Source of the DNA: Thermodesulfobacteriota bacterium
GTDB lineage: Bacteria; Desulfobacterota; Desulfuromonadia; Desulfuromonadales; Geopsychrobacteraceae
DNA length: 60,760 nt
Direction of reading: 5' to 3'
NCBI GenBank assembly: GCA_028282145.1
Contig: JANQIN010000230.1
Span: 1-60,760 of the forward strand
Shown here: piece after piece, positions 7,213 to 16,917 of the stretch
How the letters are laid out: every line of letters starts with the position of its first letter
Numbering within the stretch: position 1 is the stretch's first letter
Translations under genes and position numbers: made by a program
Notes under the pieces: model-generated
Databases searched by the model: none
What the model was told of the DNA's origin: nothing
The model's input: only the letters and a program-made list of their open reading frames with translations

Positions 7213-9696
7213 TTGAGCCTGGGTGTCACGATTCCTTCTGTACGTGGAGGGCCCTTGGAGCAGGATCACCACCACACAACGACCTTTGAGCTGCCTGCAG
7301 TGCTTCGCCTGGGCACATTGGGGTTGTGTGCTTTACCTCTGATATTATTCGGCCTGGGGGTTTCCCTTTCCTCTCACCCACAGACCATTGACCTGGCGCT
7401 CCTTAAGCATCTTTCTCCCGACGGCCAGCTGTATCAATTGAATCGGTCTCTTTCCGGCAAGTTTGTTCAACCTCTTCTGGAGAGTATTGCTGCCACGACC
7501 GCTTTTCTCACAGGGCTGCTTAGTCTGATTCTGTTCCGTGTCTCGAAAAATCCGATCCTGCCCCTACTGGCGGTCTTTCTCATGGGTGCGGGAGCCATGG
7601 ACGCGTTTCATACACTGGCTGCGAACTCGCTGATTGCAGACAGTATCATTCTGGCCGAGTTTCTTCCCTTTTCCTGGGCTGTTTTTCGTATTCTGACAGC
7701 CTTTTTCTTCTGCCTGGGGGCCGGTCTTCTGCTGCGACGAGGAACCCATCTGGCTCAGGACAGTACTTTTTATTTCGCTCTGGCCTGCATTGTCTCCATA
7801 TGTTTATTGGGGTATGCAACTGTCCACCTGAGCGCTACGGCCCCCCAACTGCCACAGACCATCTTCCCCGACCAATGGATCAGCCGCCCCTTTGATCTGA
7901 TCCCGGTGCCCTTTTTTCTCTTATTGGGCTTTTGGTTTCTGCCTCGCCTTCACCAGAAAGGACCGTCCCATTTCACCCTGGCGCTGCTCTGGTCCATCAT
8001 CCCTCAACTCAGTGTACAGTTCTATATGGCCTTTGGTTCTCAGAGTCTCTACGATCATTGGTTCAATGCCGCTTATTCATTGAAGATACTGGCCTATCTG
8101 CTCCCCTTTTTGGGTCTGATGCTTGATTATCTTGGGAACATCAAGGCGCGGGATGAGGCGGTCGTCCACTCGAACAGGCTGGTGAACGAGCTGTTGGATG
8201 TCCAGAACGAACTTCAGTTTCAGCGCAGCCAGATTGCGTCGATTCTCGACACGGCCGCCGACGGCATTATCACGATCAATCATCGGGGAATTATTCAGTC
8301 GTTTAACAAAGCGGCAGAAAAGATCTTCGGGTATTCCGCCGAAGAGGTGTTGAACCAGAACGTCTCGATTCTCCAACCCCAAGAGGTCCGGGCGCATCAC
8401 GACGACTATATCCAGAAATACATCGAAACGGGTCTTGCCCATATCATCGGTATTGGCAGGGAAGTAGAAGGGCGACACAAAGACGGGCACCCTGTCCCCC
8501 TTTATCTCAGTGTGAGTGAGATTCAGGGCCAGGGAGAAAGACTCTTCACCGGGATTCTTCACGATATTTCCGAACGCAAAGAAGCCAAAGCAAAACTGGA
8601 AGAATCTCTTCTCCGTTTTGAGCAATTGACCGGCAGCATTAACGACATCTTCTGGATGACCAACGCCGACGGATCGGAGATCATTTATGTCAGCCCTGCC
8701 TACGAGAAGATCTGGGGCCGATCTTGCGAATCCCTCTATCAAAACCCGACGGAGTGGCAGCAGGCGATTCACCCGGACGACCTTCCCCGTGTCCAACAGA
8801 TGTTTACACCCGAAAAGCTGGCAGCCGGACAGTACAATGTCGAATACCGAGTGCTTCGTCCCGACGGTGAAACGCGCTGGATCCACGCCATCGGTTATCC
8901 CACACGGGATCACGACGGGGACCTGTATCGAATCTCCGGTATCGCCGCAGACATCACCGCTTTCAAGGAGGTCGAGCGGATCAAGTCGATGTTTATCGCC
9001 TCCATGTCCCATGAGCTGAGAACACCCCTCAATTCGATTATCGGTTTTACGAGTATCACCTGTGAGGAATGGACCGGACCGCTGAATGAAGAGCAGAGAG
9101 CCAATCTGCAGACCGTTCTTCGCAGTGGGAAACATTTGCTGAACCTGATTAACGATGTGATCGATGTTTCCAAGATTGAAGCAGGAAAACTGGAAATCCA
9201 CCTGGAAAACGTCGATGTCGACAGGATCGTCCGGGAAGCCGTGGACACCCTGAGAGCCCAGGCGGACGAAAAAGCTCTCAAACTGGTGGTTGAGGCCCCG
9301 AAGTCATCTCTGAAAACAGACCCGGGACGGCTGCTGCAATGTCTGCTCAATCTGGTGAGCAACGCAGTGAAATACACCGAATCCGGTGAGGTGTCGGTCA
9401 CCCTTGAAACCGGACTGGACTCTCACCTTAACAAATTCAAATCGGGTGTTAAAGTTAGGGTAAAAGACAGCGGAATCGGGATTGAACCTGCTGATATCAA
9501 ACGATTGTTTACGCCTTTTACCCGTTTGGACTCTCCTCTGAAGGCGACCGTTTCCGGAACCGGGCTGGGTTTATACCTGACAGCAAAGCTGTCGCGGGAG
9601 ATTCTGCAAGGAGATATCCAGTGCTCCAGTCAACCGGGAGAAGGCAGTTGCTTCACACTCTGGTTACCGGATCTGAGCGAGATGGATGAGGCATGA
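7213..9696 (+). CDS. Membrane sensor histidine kinase (polytopic N-terminal domain, 2 PAS/PAC, HisKA, HATPase_c)
   Basis: H-box SHELRTPLN and G-box GTGLGLY. About 300 aa of N-terminal TM helices. The TTG start at 7213 is uncertain. Confidence 0.85.
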   Translation: MSLGVTIPSVRGGPLEQDHHHTTTFELPAVLRLGTLGLCALPLILFGLGVSLSSHPQTIDLALLKHLSPDGQLYQLNRSLSGKFVQPLLESIAATTAFLTGLLSLILFRVSKNPILPLLAVFLMGAGAMDAFHTLAANSLIADSIILAEFLPFSWAVFRILTAFFFCLGAGLLLRRGTHLAQDSTFYFALACIVSICLLGYATVHLSATAPQLPQTIFPDQWISRPFDLIPVPFFLLLGFWFLPRLHQKGPSHFTLALLWSIIPQLSVQFYMAFGSQSLYDHWFNAAYSLKILAYLLPFLGLMLDYLGNIKARDEAVVHSNRLVNELLDVQNELQFQRSQIASILDTAADGIITINHRGIIQSFNKAAEKIFGYSAEEVLNQNVSILQPQEVRAHHDDYIQKYIETGLAHIIGIGREVEGRHKDGHPVPLYLSVSEIQGQGERLFTGILHDISERKEAKAKLEESLLRFEQLTGSINDIFWMTNADGSEIIYVSPAYEKIWGRSCESLYQNPTEWQQAIHPDDLPRVQQMFTPEKLAAGQYNVEYRVLRPDGETRWIHAIGYPTRDHDGDLYRISGIAADITAFKEVERIKSMFIASMSHELRTPLNSIIGFTSITCEEWTGPLNEEQRANLQTVLRSGKHLLNLINDVIDVSKIEAGKLEIHLENVDVDRIVREAVDTLRAQADEKALKLVVEAPKSSLKTDPGRLLQCLLNLVSNAVKYTESGEVSVTLETGLDSHLNKFKSGVKVRVKDSGIGIEPADIKRLFTPFTRLDSPLKATVSGTGLGLYLTAKLSREILQGDIQCSSQPGEGSCFTLWLPDLSEMDEA

Positions 9697-10076
9697 AGTG
9701 CGTTCTTGTCATCGAGGACAACCCGGACAATTATCGCCTGATCCAATATGCCCTGAGCCGTGCCGGTTACGTTGTACAACGTGCCGGTTCCGGTGAGATA
9801 GGGGTGGAGACGGCTGCGCCGGAAATGGCGTTTATTGTCATGGACATCAATCTTCCGGGGATCGATGGCTACGAAGCCACCCGGCAGATTCGGGAACGAC
9901 TTGGACCAAAAGCGCCGCCCATCATTGCGATCACTTCATCGGCCATGCGAGGAGACCGGGAGAAGGTCCTGGATGCCGGCTGCAGTGGTTACTTCGAGAA
10001 ACCGATCAATCCGTTGACAATTATCGACCAGTTGCATGAAGCTCTGGGAGGACCCCTTGAAGACCCTGATCGTTGA
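9693..10076 (+). CDS. Single-domain response regulator (CheY-like receiver)
   Basis: VLVIEDNPDN...VMDINLPGIDG...ITSSAM...KP. ATGA overlap with the upstream kinase. Confidence 0.9.
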   Translation: MKCVLVIEDNPDNYRLIQYALSRAGYVVQRAGSGEIGVETAAPEMAFIVMDINLPGIDGYEATRQIRERLGPKAPPIIAITSSAMRGDREKVLDAGCSGYFEKPINPLTIIDQLHEALGGPLEDPDR

Positions 10077-13000
10077 AGACAACCTTCAAGACCGCCGCCT
10101 TCTCCGGTACTATCTGGAACGAAACGGATGTGAGGTCGTGGAAGCAACGGATGGTGAGGTCGGCTTTCAGTTGGCCGAAAAATGCCGGCCAGCCCTCATT
10201 ATCTCTGATGCCCTCATGCCCAGAGTGGATGGCTTTCAATTCCTTCGCAAGATCCGTCGTCATGACAAATTGTTCAACACCCCTTTTGTCTTTTATTCGG
10301 CCGTCTATACAGGCACCGATGACCAGAGGCTGGCCCTCTCCCTGGGGGCCGATGCCTTTATCGTCAAACCCAAAGAGGCCGATGAGTTCTGGCAGGAACT
10401 CAAGGAGGTTCTGGAAGACTGTCGCCTGAAGGCACCTCGAACGCCCGCCACAACGGTCGAAGGCGATAAAGAGTTCCTCGAGCAGTACAGCCAACTGGTG
10501 GCGAGCAAGCTGGGGGAGAAGGCTCACCAGTTGCAACAGAGCGAAGAAAGGTACCGTTCCCTGGTAGAGATGTCCCCCGACTGGATCTGGGAGTTTGATG
10601 AGAACCACATCTTTACCTATGTCAGCCCGAAGGTACGGGATCTGCTTGGGTTCGAGCCTGAAGAGCTTCTGGGGAAGAACGCCTTTGACCCTATGAGAAC
10701 CTATGAGGCCGATCGGGTTGACAACGAGTTTTTCCCAATCACTGAGAAGCAAAAACCGTTTCATGGCCTGATCAATATCAACCGCCACAAGGATGGGCAC
10801 CCGGTTATCATTGAATCTTCCGGTGTTCCCCTCTTTGACGAAGATGGAGTTTTTCGCGGGTACCGTGGGGTCGACCGGGACGTGACAGATCGGGTTGAAG
10901 CCGAAAAGAAAAACAAAAAGCTGGAAGCCCGATTCCAGACAACTTTTGCACAAATGGCCGTCGGCATGGTTCAAATTGCGCCAGATGGTCATTTCCTGCA
11001 AACCAACCAAAAAATGTGTGAGCTGCTTGGATACAGCGAAGACGAGTTGCTGCAAAAAACGTTTCTGGACATCACTCACCCGAACGATATCGACCAGGAC
11101 AAACAACTCGCTCAGTCTCTTCTCGACGGTACCAATGAATCGGTCACCCTGGAGAAAAGGTACATTCACAAAACCGGGCACCCCGTTTGGGTCAAAATCA
11201 CGGGCTCCCTGGTCCGAACAACCGAAGGAGAGCCCGACTACTTCATTGCGATCATCGAAGACATCGCGCAACAGAAAGAGGCCGAGGAGAATCTGAAGGA
11301 AAGCGAAACACGATTCCGCGGGGTTTTCCAGCAGATGGCCGTGGGGACGCTTCTTGCCGATCCGCAAGGACGGTTCCTGGTTGTCAATGACAAGATGTGC
11401 GAAATCGTCGGATATACACAGGACGAACTTCTCGATAAAACCTTTCTTGATATCACGCATCCCGACGACCTTCCCAAAAACAAAGATATTGTAGACAGAC
11501 TTCTCGACCGGACCCTCAAGTCCATTTCTTTTGAGAAACGTTATATGCGTAAGGACGGTTCCTTTGTCTGGGTCAACATCACCAGCTCCGTCGTCTTCAG
11601 CGACAATGGTGAACCGGAATATTTTGTGGCGGTGGTCGAAGACATTCAGCAGCGCCAGGAATTGAAACAGACTCTGGAGTTGACCCAGCATTGTGTCGAC
11701 CAGACCCTGGATGCGGTCTTCTGGGTCCGGGAGGATGGGAAATTTATCTATGCCAACGAGGCCGCCTGTAACAGCCTGGGGTACAGTCGCGACGAGCTGC
11801 TGGAGCTTCATGTCCCCGAGGTGGACAGTTCCCTGACCAAGGAGTCCTGGTCCGGCTTCTGGGAGAAAGCCCTGCAGGAAACACACCTGCGTTTTGAAGC
11901 CGTCCATCGCCGAAAAGATGGCCTCACCTTTCCCGTTGACATTCAGGTCAGTCATCTTCATTTCGGTGACAGCAACTTGCTCCATGCCCATGTTCGCAAC
12001 ATCACGGACAGCAAGAAGCAGCAGAACAAGCTGGAGTCGGCCATCCGGGTGGCGAATCGGGTCCGCAACGAGCTGAATGCCGTTCTCGAGTCGATTACCG
12101 ATGCCGTAATTGTCACCGATACCAGAGGCCATATCGTCATGGCCAACGACAGAGCCGAGCGAATTTTCGGTAAGACATCGATCAAGATCCAGGGGAAATC
12201 TCTGGCAGAGATCACCGATTGCCCCGAATTGGCCACCCATGTCTTCGGGGCCGAACACGACCAGTTTGATTATATGTCGAGCTTTCTGGAAATGACCGAC
12301 CAGGAGCGTAACGAACGACGCGCTTACGAAGCCCGCACCGGTCACGTCCATCATGAGGGGGACAGTCACCGCAACCATGTCACGATCATCCGGGATATTA
12401 CCCGGGAACGAGAAAGCGATCGACTGAAGAGCGAATTTATTGCGACAGCCGCCCATGAGCTGAGAACGCCTCTCACGGCCATCCTCGGTTTTTCCGAATT
12501 GTTGTATGAGGACAGGGACAAACTGCCGGAGCACGACCGCGAATATCTGGAAGACATCATTGAGCGGTCCGAAGTTCTTGAGAAGCTGATCGACCAGCTA
12601 CTCAATCTCAGCCGGATCGAGACCGGGCGCCCGCTGATGATCGAAACCCGGTTGACCGATCTGATTCCGCTGATCGACAATACCCTGAGCCAATACCACC
12701 AGGAAAATGCAGATGGACGCTTCCGTGTGGACGTACAGGCCGAGAGCCTGTTGATGATGATCGACGGCCCCAAAATCGGTCAGGTCCTGGAGAACCTGAC
12801 GACCAATGCCATCAAATACAGTCCCGAAGACTCTCCCATCGATATCCGGATCACCGCCACCGCCGATGAGGTTCAGGTCTCGATCCAAGACCAGGGCAAA
12901 GGAATGACTCCCGAGCAGTTACAACATGTTTTTGAGAAGTTCTATCGGGCCGACAGCTCCGACACGGCCGTTCGCGGTCTGGGGCTCGGCATGAGTATCG

Positions 13001-13155
13001 CCAAGATGATCATCGAGGAACACGGCGGGTCCATCTGGGTAGAGAGTGAACACGGTAAGGGGACCCGTGCCTGCTTTAGCCTCCCCCGCTCCCTGGATCA
13101 GCAGCAACCTGCAAACGTCATGTCCCAATCCAAGCCCTCACCATTGATTCAATAA
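10036..13155 (+). CDS. Receiver-PAS(x4-5)-HisKA-HATPase hybrid sensor kinase
   Basis: N-terminal REC (LIVEDN...ISDALMPRVDG), multiple PAS/PAC modules, H-box AAHELRTPLT and G-box GLGLGMS. The start could instead be TTG 10057. Confidence 0.9.
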   Translation: MKLWEDPLKTLIVEDNLQDRRLLRYYLERNGCEVVEATDGEVGFQLAEKCRPALIISDALMPRVDGFQFLRKIRRHDKLFNTPFVFYSAVYTGTDDQRLALSLGADAFIVKPKEADEFWQELKEVLEDCRLKAPRTPATTVEGDKEFLEQYSQLVASKLGEKAHQLQQSEERYRSLVEMSPDWIWEFDENHIFTYVSPKVRDLLGFEPEELLGKNAFDPMRTYEADRVDNEFFPITEKQKPFHGLININRHKDGHPVIIESSGVPLFDEDGVFRGYRGVDRDVTDRVEAEKKNKKLEARFQTTFAQMAVGMVQIAPDGHFLQTNQKMCELLGYSEDELLQKTFLDITHPNDIDQDKQLAQSLLDGTNESVTLEKRYIHKTGHPVWVKITGSLVRTTEGEPDYFIAIIEDIAQQKEAEENLKESETRFRGVFQQMAVGTLLADPQGRFLVVNDKMCEIVGYTQDELLDKTFLDITHPDDLPKNKDIVDRLLDRTLKSISFEKRYMRKDGSFVWVNITSSVVFSDNGEPEYFVAVVEDIQQRQELKQTLELTQHCVDQTLDAVFWVREDGKFIYANEAACNSLGYSRDELLELHVPEVDSSLTKESWSGFWEKALQETHLRFEAVHRRKDGLTFPVDIQVSHLHFGDSNLLHAHVRNITDSKKQQNKLESAIRVANRVRNELNAVLESITDAVIVTDTRGHIVMANDRAERIFGKTSIKIQGKSLAEITDCPELATHVFGAEHDQFDYMSSFLEMTDQERNERRAYEARTGHVHHEGDSHRNHVTIIRDITRERESDRLKSEFIATAAHELRTPLTAILGFSELLYEDRDKLPEHDREYLEDIIERSEVLEKLIDQLLNLSRIETGRPLMIETRLTDLIPLIDNTLSQYHQENADGRFRVDVQAESLLMMIDGPKIGQVLENLTTNAIKYSPEDSPIDIRITATADEVQVSIQDQGKGMTPEQLQHVFEKFYRADSSDTAVRGLGLGMSIAKMIIEEHGGSIWVESEHGKGTRACFSLPRSLDQQQPANVMSQSKPSPLIQ

Positions 13156-13295
13156 ACCGTTAAGAGAGCCATCGCTTTGGTGAAGGACCCGCGATATTGC
13201 GCGACCGGTGCCCTGTTGAAAATGGGCCCGCGAGGTTGACAAGAACAGGCCGGGGGCGCCATTCTGAAGGTCACCTTGAAAGGAAAGGACACCAC

Positions 13296-13706
13296 ATGAA
13301 AGGTTTGATGCTGGCCCTGGCAGGTCTGATGCTCACAACGGGAGTGGCTATGGCCGAACTGATCAATATCGACAACGACCAACTGATCCAACTCCGGAAA
13401 CAGAAGATTCCTCTGATTGATGTCCGGACGTCCCCCGAGTGGCAGGAAACCGGTGTTGTTGAGGGAAGCCATCAAATGACCTTTTTTGACAGTCGCGGCC
13501 AGTACGACGCCAAAGCCTGGCTGGAGGCTCTGGGTCCTGTCGCCGGAAAGGACGACCCGGTCATCCTGATCTGCCGTACCGGTCGTCGCACCGGCCTCAT
13601 CGGTAACTTCCTGACGCAACAGGTCGGTTATACCCGTGTCTATCACGTCACTCAAGGTATCCGCGGCTGGATTGAAAAAGGAAATCCTGTCGTATCTCCC
13701 CAATAG
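13296..13706 (+). CDS. Periplasmic single-domain rhodanese sulfurtransferase
   Basis: Signal peptide MKGLMLALAGLMLTTGVAMA. Active-site loop CRTGRR. AGGAAAGGA RBS. The ORF-track start at 13197 has no RBS. Confidence 0.85.
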   Translation: MKGLMLALAGLMLTTGVAMAELINIDNDQLIQLRKQKIPLIDVRTSPEWQETGVVEGSHQMTFFDSRGQYDAKAWLEALGPVAGKDDPVILICRTGRRTGLIGNFLTQQVGYTRVYHVTQGIRGWIEKGNPVVSPQ

Positions 13707-13972
13707 TTATGGCCCGGCGAAAAACAGCTTACGACCTCCCTCCCGGCCCGGTAAAGCTATCTTCCGAGACCCGTTTCCGGGCTCTGGTCTGGTGGCAGGC
13801 AGGTTATGGGTACCAGCCGTTAAACTGTCCTGTGTGCAAGAAACGTCTTTCTCCACAGGAAAAACCGTTGTCACTTGAATGCCGAACCCCTTGGTGTACC
13901 TATTCCACCGAAGAGATCCCCTGGGGTGTGTTTGTCGCCTGGCAGGAAAGTCGGCGAAGCGAGGGAGAAACC

Positions 13973-14323
13973 ATGCCTGTTACGATCTATCACAACCCGC
14001 GCTGCAGCAAGAGTCGAGAGACCTTAAGACTGTTGAGAGACCGAAACATTGAGCCCCAGGTGATCGACTATCTGAGAGAACCGCCAGACGAAGAGCAACT
14101 GAAGGCTCTGTTGAAACAACTGGGCTTGGAACCGCAAAAAATAATTCGCTTCAAAGAGCTACGAGCCAAGGAGCTGGTCTTGTCTCCCGAAGATGATCGA
14201 AGTGAAGAGGAGTGGATCCGGCTTCTCGTTGAAAACCCCCGCTTGCTGGAACGACCGATTGTTGTTGCCAACAAAAAAGCGGCCCTGGGAAGGCCGCCGG
14301 AAACAGTTCTGGAGATTCTGTAA
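13973..14323 (+). CDS. arsC: Arsenate reductase, glutaredoxin-coupled ArsC family
   Basis: MPVTIYHNPRCSKSRETL...ERPIVV...GRPPETVLEIL is collinear with E. coli ArsC. GAGGGAG RBS before ATG 13973. Confidence 0.85.
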   Translation: MPVTIYHNPRCSKSRETLRLLRDRNIEPQVIDYLREPPDEEQLKALLKQLGLEPQKIIRFKELRAKELVLSPEDDRSEEEWIRLLVENPRLLERPIVVANKKAALGRPPETVLEIL

Positions 14324-14327
14324 AAAA

Positions 14328-14355
14328 GAGCCCTGGATAACCAGGGCTCTTTTTT
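14328..14355. terminator. Bidirectional intrinsic terminator between convergent arsC and rbr
   Basis: AAAAAA-GAGCCCTGG-ATAA-CCAGGGCTC-TTTTTT: a perfect 9-bp stem flanked by an A-run and a T-run. Confidence 0.8.
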
Positions 14356-14356
14356 A

Positions 14357-14851
14357 TTATTCCGAAATCACATAGGCCTTGGGAGCAGCCCCGCAGATAG
14401 GACAGTTTTCTTCAGGGGCCCCTTCGATGGTGTGTCCGCAAACGGAACAGATGTAGTAATCACAGACAGCCAAGCCTGCCGGATCGTTCAGTGCCTTGGT
14501 GTACAGGTCGGCATGGACCTTTTCCGCTTCGTTGGCAAAACCGAAGTACTGCAAGGCCGTTGCGTTCCCTTCGGCTTCCGCCTCTTTCATCATCTCCGGA
14601 TACATTTCGGTGTATTCGTGCGTTTCACCGCCGATCGCCTCTTTCAAATTCTCCTCAGTGGTCCCGATCCCCTCCATCAGCTTCAGATGCGCGTGCGCAT
14701 GGATCGTCTCGGCGTTGGCTGCAGCGCGAAACAGTTTGGCCACTTGCGGATATCCGTCTGCTTCCGCCTTTTTGGCAAAGGCCAGATATTTCCGATTGGC
14801 CTGAGATTCACCAGCAAAAGCCGCCGCAAGATTGTTCAGAGTTTTACTCAT
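14357..14851 (-). CDS. rbr: Rubrerythrin
   Basis: Diiron four-helix motifs (ESQANRKY, ETIHAHAH, EKVHADLY) plus a C-terminal rubredoxin CSVCGH...CPICGA. AAGGAGGA RBS before ATG 14851. Confidence 0.9.
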   Translation of the reverse strand: MSKTLNNLAAAFAGESQANRKYLAFAKKAEADGYPQVAKLFRAAANAETIHAHAHLKLMEGIGTTEENLKEAIGGETHEYTEMYPEMMKEAEAEGNATALQYFGFANEAEKVHADLYTKALNDPAGLAVCDYYICSVCGHTIEGAPEENCPICGAAPKAYVISE

Positions 14852-14900
14852 CGGTTCTTTCCTCCTTGTGTGTGGACTGGGGGCAACGCCCCTGTTGTTT

Positions 14901-15350
14901 CTATTTGGTCTGGCATCGGGGACAGACGCCAAAGAAATCCATGCGATGGTGGGTGATGTCATACCCGGTCTGTTCAGCCATATGGTTGGCCAGTTGACAG
15001 GTTTTTTCCGGGGACGGATCGAGAATCTCTCCACATTCGGTGCAGATTACATGCGGATGGGGAAACGGCTTATGACCATCGTACCGGCTGCTGGCATCGC
15101 TGAACCCAAGCTCGATCACCTCTCCCACCTCTTTGAGAACGTGGAGGGTCTTGTAGACAGTCGCCAAGCTGGTTGTAGGAAAATCTTTCTGGACCCGTTT
15201 GAAGAGGTTGTCTGCGGTCGGGTGTTCTTCCGATCCGGCCAAAAGTTTCAGAATAGCCAACCGTTGCGGGGTAATGCGAAACCCCTGCGCTCGAAGTTTG
15301 GCTGCCATCTGTTCGAGACGTTTGAACTGGTGTTTTTCTTCTGGGCTCAT
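14901..15350 (-). CDS. perR: Fur-family peroxide-stress regulator (PerR-like)
   Basis: RITPQRLAILKLL..., HPHVICTECG...CPRC (two CxxC pairs). Lies immediately upstream of rubrerythrin. Confidence 0.8.
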   Translation of the reverse strand: MSPEEKHQFKRLEQMAAKLRAQGFRITPQRLAILKLLAGSEEHPTADNLFKRVQKDFPTTSLATVYKTLHVLKEVGEVIELGFSDASSRYDGHKPFPHPHVICTECGEILDPSPEKTCQLANHMAEQTGYDITHHRMDFFGVCPRCQTK

Positions 15351-15364
15351 GTGGCAACTCGCTC

Positions 15365-15389
15365 CTTATGAATAACAATTCTCCATAAG
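15365..15389. promoter_or_regulatory. Imperfect 25-bp palindrome CTTATG-N13-CATAAG upstream of perR (candidate Fur/PerR box)
   Basis: AT-rich core GAATAACAATTCTC, 15-40 nt upstream of the perR ATG, partly overlapping the RBS. Assigned by position only. Confidence 0.3.
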
Positions 15390-15479
15390 CTACCAGAGAA
15401 TTTCCCGGCGTCAAGTCGGACAATTAAAAATTTTCAGATGACAGACTTTCTGTTAGGGTGGCTTTTTTGCGAGGAGGTT

Positions 15480-16364
15480 ATGATCCGAGAACCATCCTAT
15501 TTTCGCGTGTATTGCGCCTTGTCAGCGACCCTGCTTTTCTGGGGGTTGTCATTTGTCGTCACCAAGATCGTTCTGCGGGAGATCGCCCCTTTCAGCCTGA
15601 TGTTCCTTCGGTTCGGCACAGCAGCGCTGCTCTTTCAGGGCTGGCTTCTCTGGCGAGGCCGGACTCCTCTGACGTTGAAACAGCATGGGATATTGGCCCT
15701 GTTGGGTCTGGTGCAACCCTGGCTCTATTTCCTCTGTGAAACCTTCGCTCTGCAATACACCTCAGCCGCGAAGGCGTCCCTGATACTGGCCTCCATCCCA
15801 GTCTTTGTACTGCTGTGTTCGGCCCGTTTTCTGGGAGAATCGATCGACACCCGCCGGGTCATCGGTGCTGGGATGTCGGTAGCCGGCGTGGTTCTGCTGA
15901 CGGTAGCCGCTCCGGGCTTCTCCTTCCGCCTTTCCGGTGAGACATTGGGCGATGTCCTGATGTTTGGTGCCGTAGGAGCCGCCGTTGTCTACACTATTCT
16001 GCTGCGTTTTCTGGGAACCCGGCTCCCGGCTCTGACAACCACCGCCTGGCAGTTCACTTACGGTACGTTGTTTTTTCTGCCCTGGTTCCTGAAAGAGGCT
16101 CCGACACTGCATTGGTGTGAGATCAGCTCCAGTGCATGGCTCGCCTTCGCCGCCCTGACCCTGTTTGCAACGATCGTCGCCTTCTTCTGTTACAGCTACG
16201 CTCTGTGCCATATTCCGGCCAGCAGGGGGACCGTTTTTCTGAATGGGATTCCGCTGGTGACCGTGATCGCGGCCTGGGCCGTTCTGGGGGAGACCCTCAA
16301 CGGTGTTCAACTCCTGGGGGGTGGAATGGTACTGCTGGCCGTCTGGCTGGCCAATCGTGACTGA
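15480..16364 (+). CDS. EamA/DMT-family transporter
   Basis: Ten hydrophobic segments forming two EamA repeats. GAGGAGG RBS before ATG 15480. Confidence 0.85.
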   Translation: MIREPSYFRVYCALSATLLFWGLSFVVTKIVLREIAPFSLMFLRFGTAALLFQGWLLWRGRTPLTLKQHGILALLGLVQPWLYFLCETFALQYTSAAKASLILASIPVFVLLCSARFLGESIDTRRVIGAGMSVAGVVLLTVAAPGFSFRLSGETLGDVLMFGAVGAAVVYTILLRFLGTRLPALTTTAWQFTYGTLFFLPWFLKEAPTLHWCEISSSAWLAFAALTLFATIVAFFCYSYALCHIPASRGTVFLNGIPLVTVIAAWAVLGETLNGVQLLGGGMVLLAVWLANRD

Positions 16365-16423
16365 AACGTCAACGCCGGAAAATTGAGCGGCAGAAAAGCT
16401 TTGGCTGTGGCAAAATAGCTGCC

Positions 16424-16906
16424 ATGAAAAAGATCCTTCTTTCTTTCCTCGGCGCTCTGATTCTTGCCGGAAACTCCCAGGCAGAGGTCGATCTGGTCCG
16501 GGTGGACAAATCGAACCGTAAGATGTATCTGCTGGAACAGGGAAAAGTGGTACGGGAATATTACGTCGCTCTGGGAGGACGTCCTGAGGGGCACAAGCTG
16601 TACGAGGGGGATGAGCGGACACCGGAAGGAGTCTACTCCCTCGATTTCAAATACGAAGAGTCAGAGTTCTATCGGGCCATGCATATCAGCTACCCCAACG
16701 CCTTTGATCTTGAGCGATCGCGCCAGAACGGCCTGGAGCCAGGAGGAAACATTTTTATCCACGGGCAAAAGGGGGAACACAACCCCGGGTCGGTCCTTAA
16801 ACAGGCCAGCGACTGGACCGACGGCTGTATCGCACTCACCAATCCCGAGATGGATGAATTCATGGAGCTGGTTCAGATTGGAACACCGATTGAGATTGAG
16901 TGGTAA
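16424..16906 (+). CDS. L,D-transpeptidase (YkuD domain), secreted
   Basis: Signal peptide, then IFIHGQ...DWTDGCIALTN (catalytic His/Cys motif). Confidence 0.85.
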   Translation: MKKILLSFLGALILAGNSQAEVDLVRVDKSNRKMYLLEQGKVVREYYVALGGRPEGHKLYEGDERTPEGVYSLDFKYEESEFYRAMHISYPNAFDLERSRQNGLEPGGNIFIHGQKGEHNPGSVLKQASDWTDGCIALTNPEMDEFMELVQIGTPIEIEW

Positions 16907-16917
16907 TTGAATCTCGG

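Noticed and set aside
10021-12534. Very long antisense ORFs. Examples: 837 aa at 10021..12534, 535 aa at 22274..23881, 452 aa at 42862..44220, 382 aa at 36041..37189, 374 aa at 8077..9201, 359 aa at 17245..18324, 358 aa at 30674..31750, 387 aa at 47887..49050.
   Set aside because: Each one I checked is codon-aligned with the recognisable gene on the other strand. Antisense stops would therefore require sense codons TTA, CTA or TCA, which this genome almost never uses. The translated products are low-complexity (Arg/Gly/Pro/Leu-rich) with no recognisable domains. They are shadow ORFs caused by codon bias, not overlapping genes.
13149-13703. 184-aa minus-strand ORF opposite the rhodanese gene.
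   Set aside because: The plus-strand product has a clear signal peptide and a CRTGRR rhodanese active site. The minus-strand product has no recognisable features.
13709-13972. 88-codon in-frame N-terminal extension of arsC, containing CPVC...CRTPWC (ORF track 13709..14323).
   Set aside because: There is no RBS before ATG 13709, whereas ATG 13973 has GAGGGAG. The extension contains CTA, TTA and TCA codons, which genuine genes here avoid. The ArsC homology starts exactly at 13973. It is probably untranslated spacer. A zinc-ribbon fusion cannot be fully excluded.
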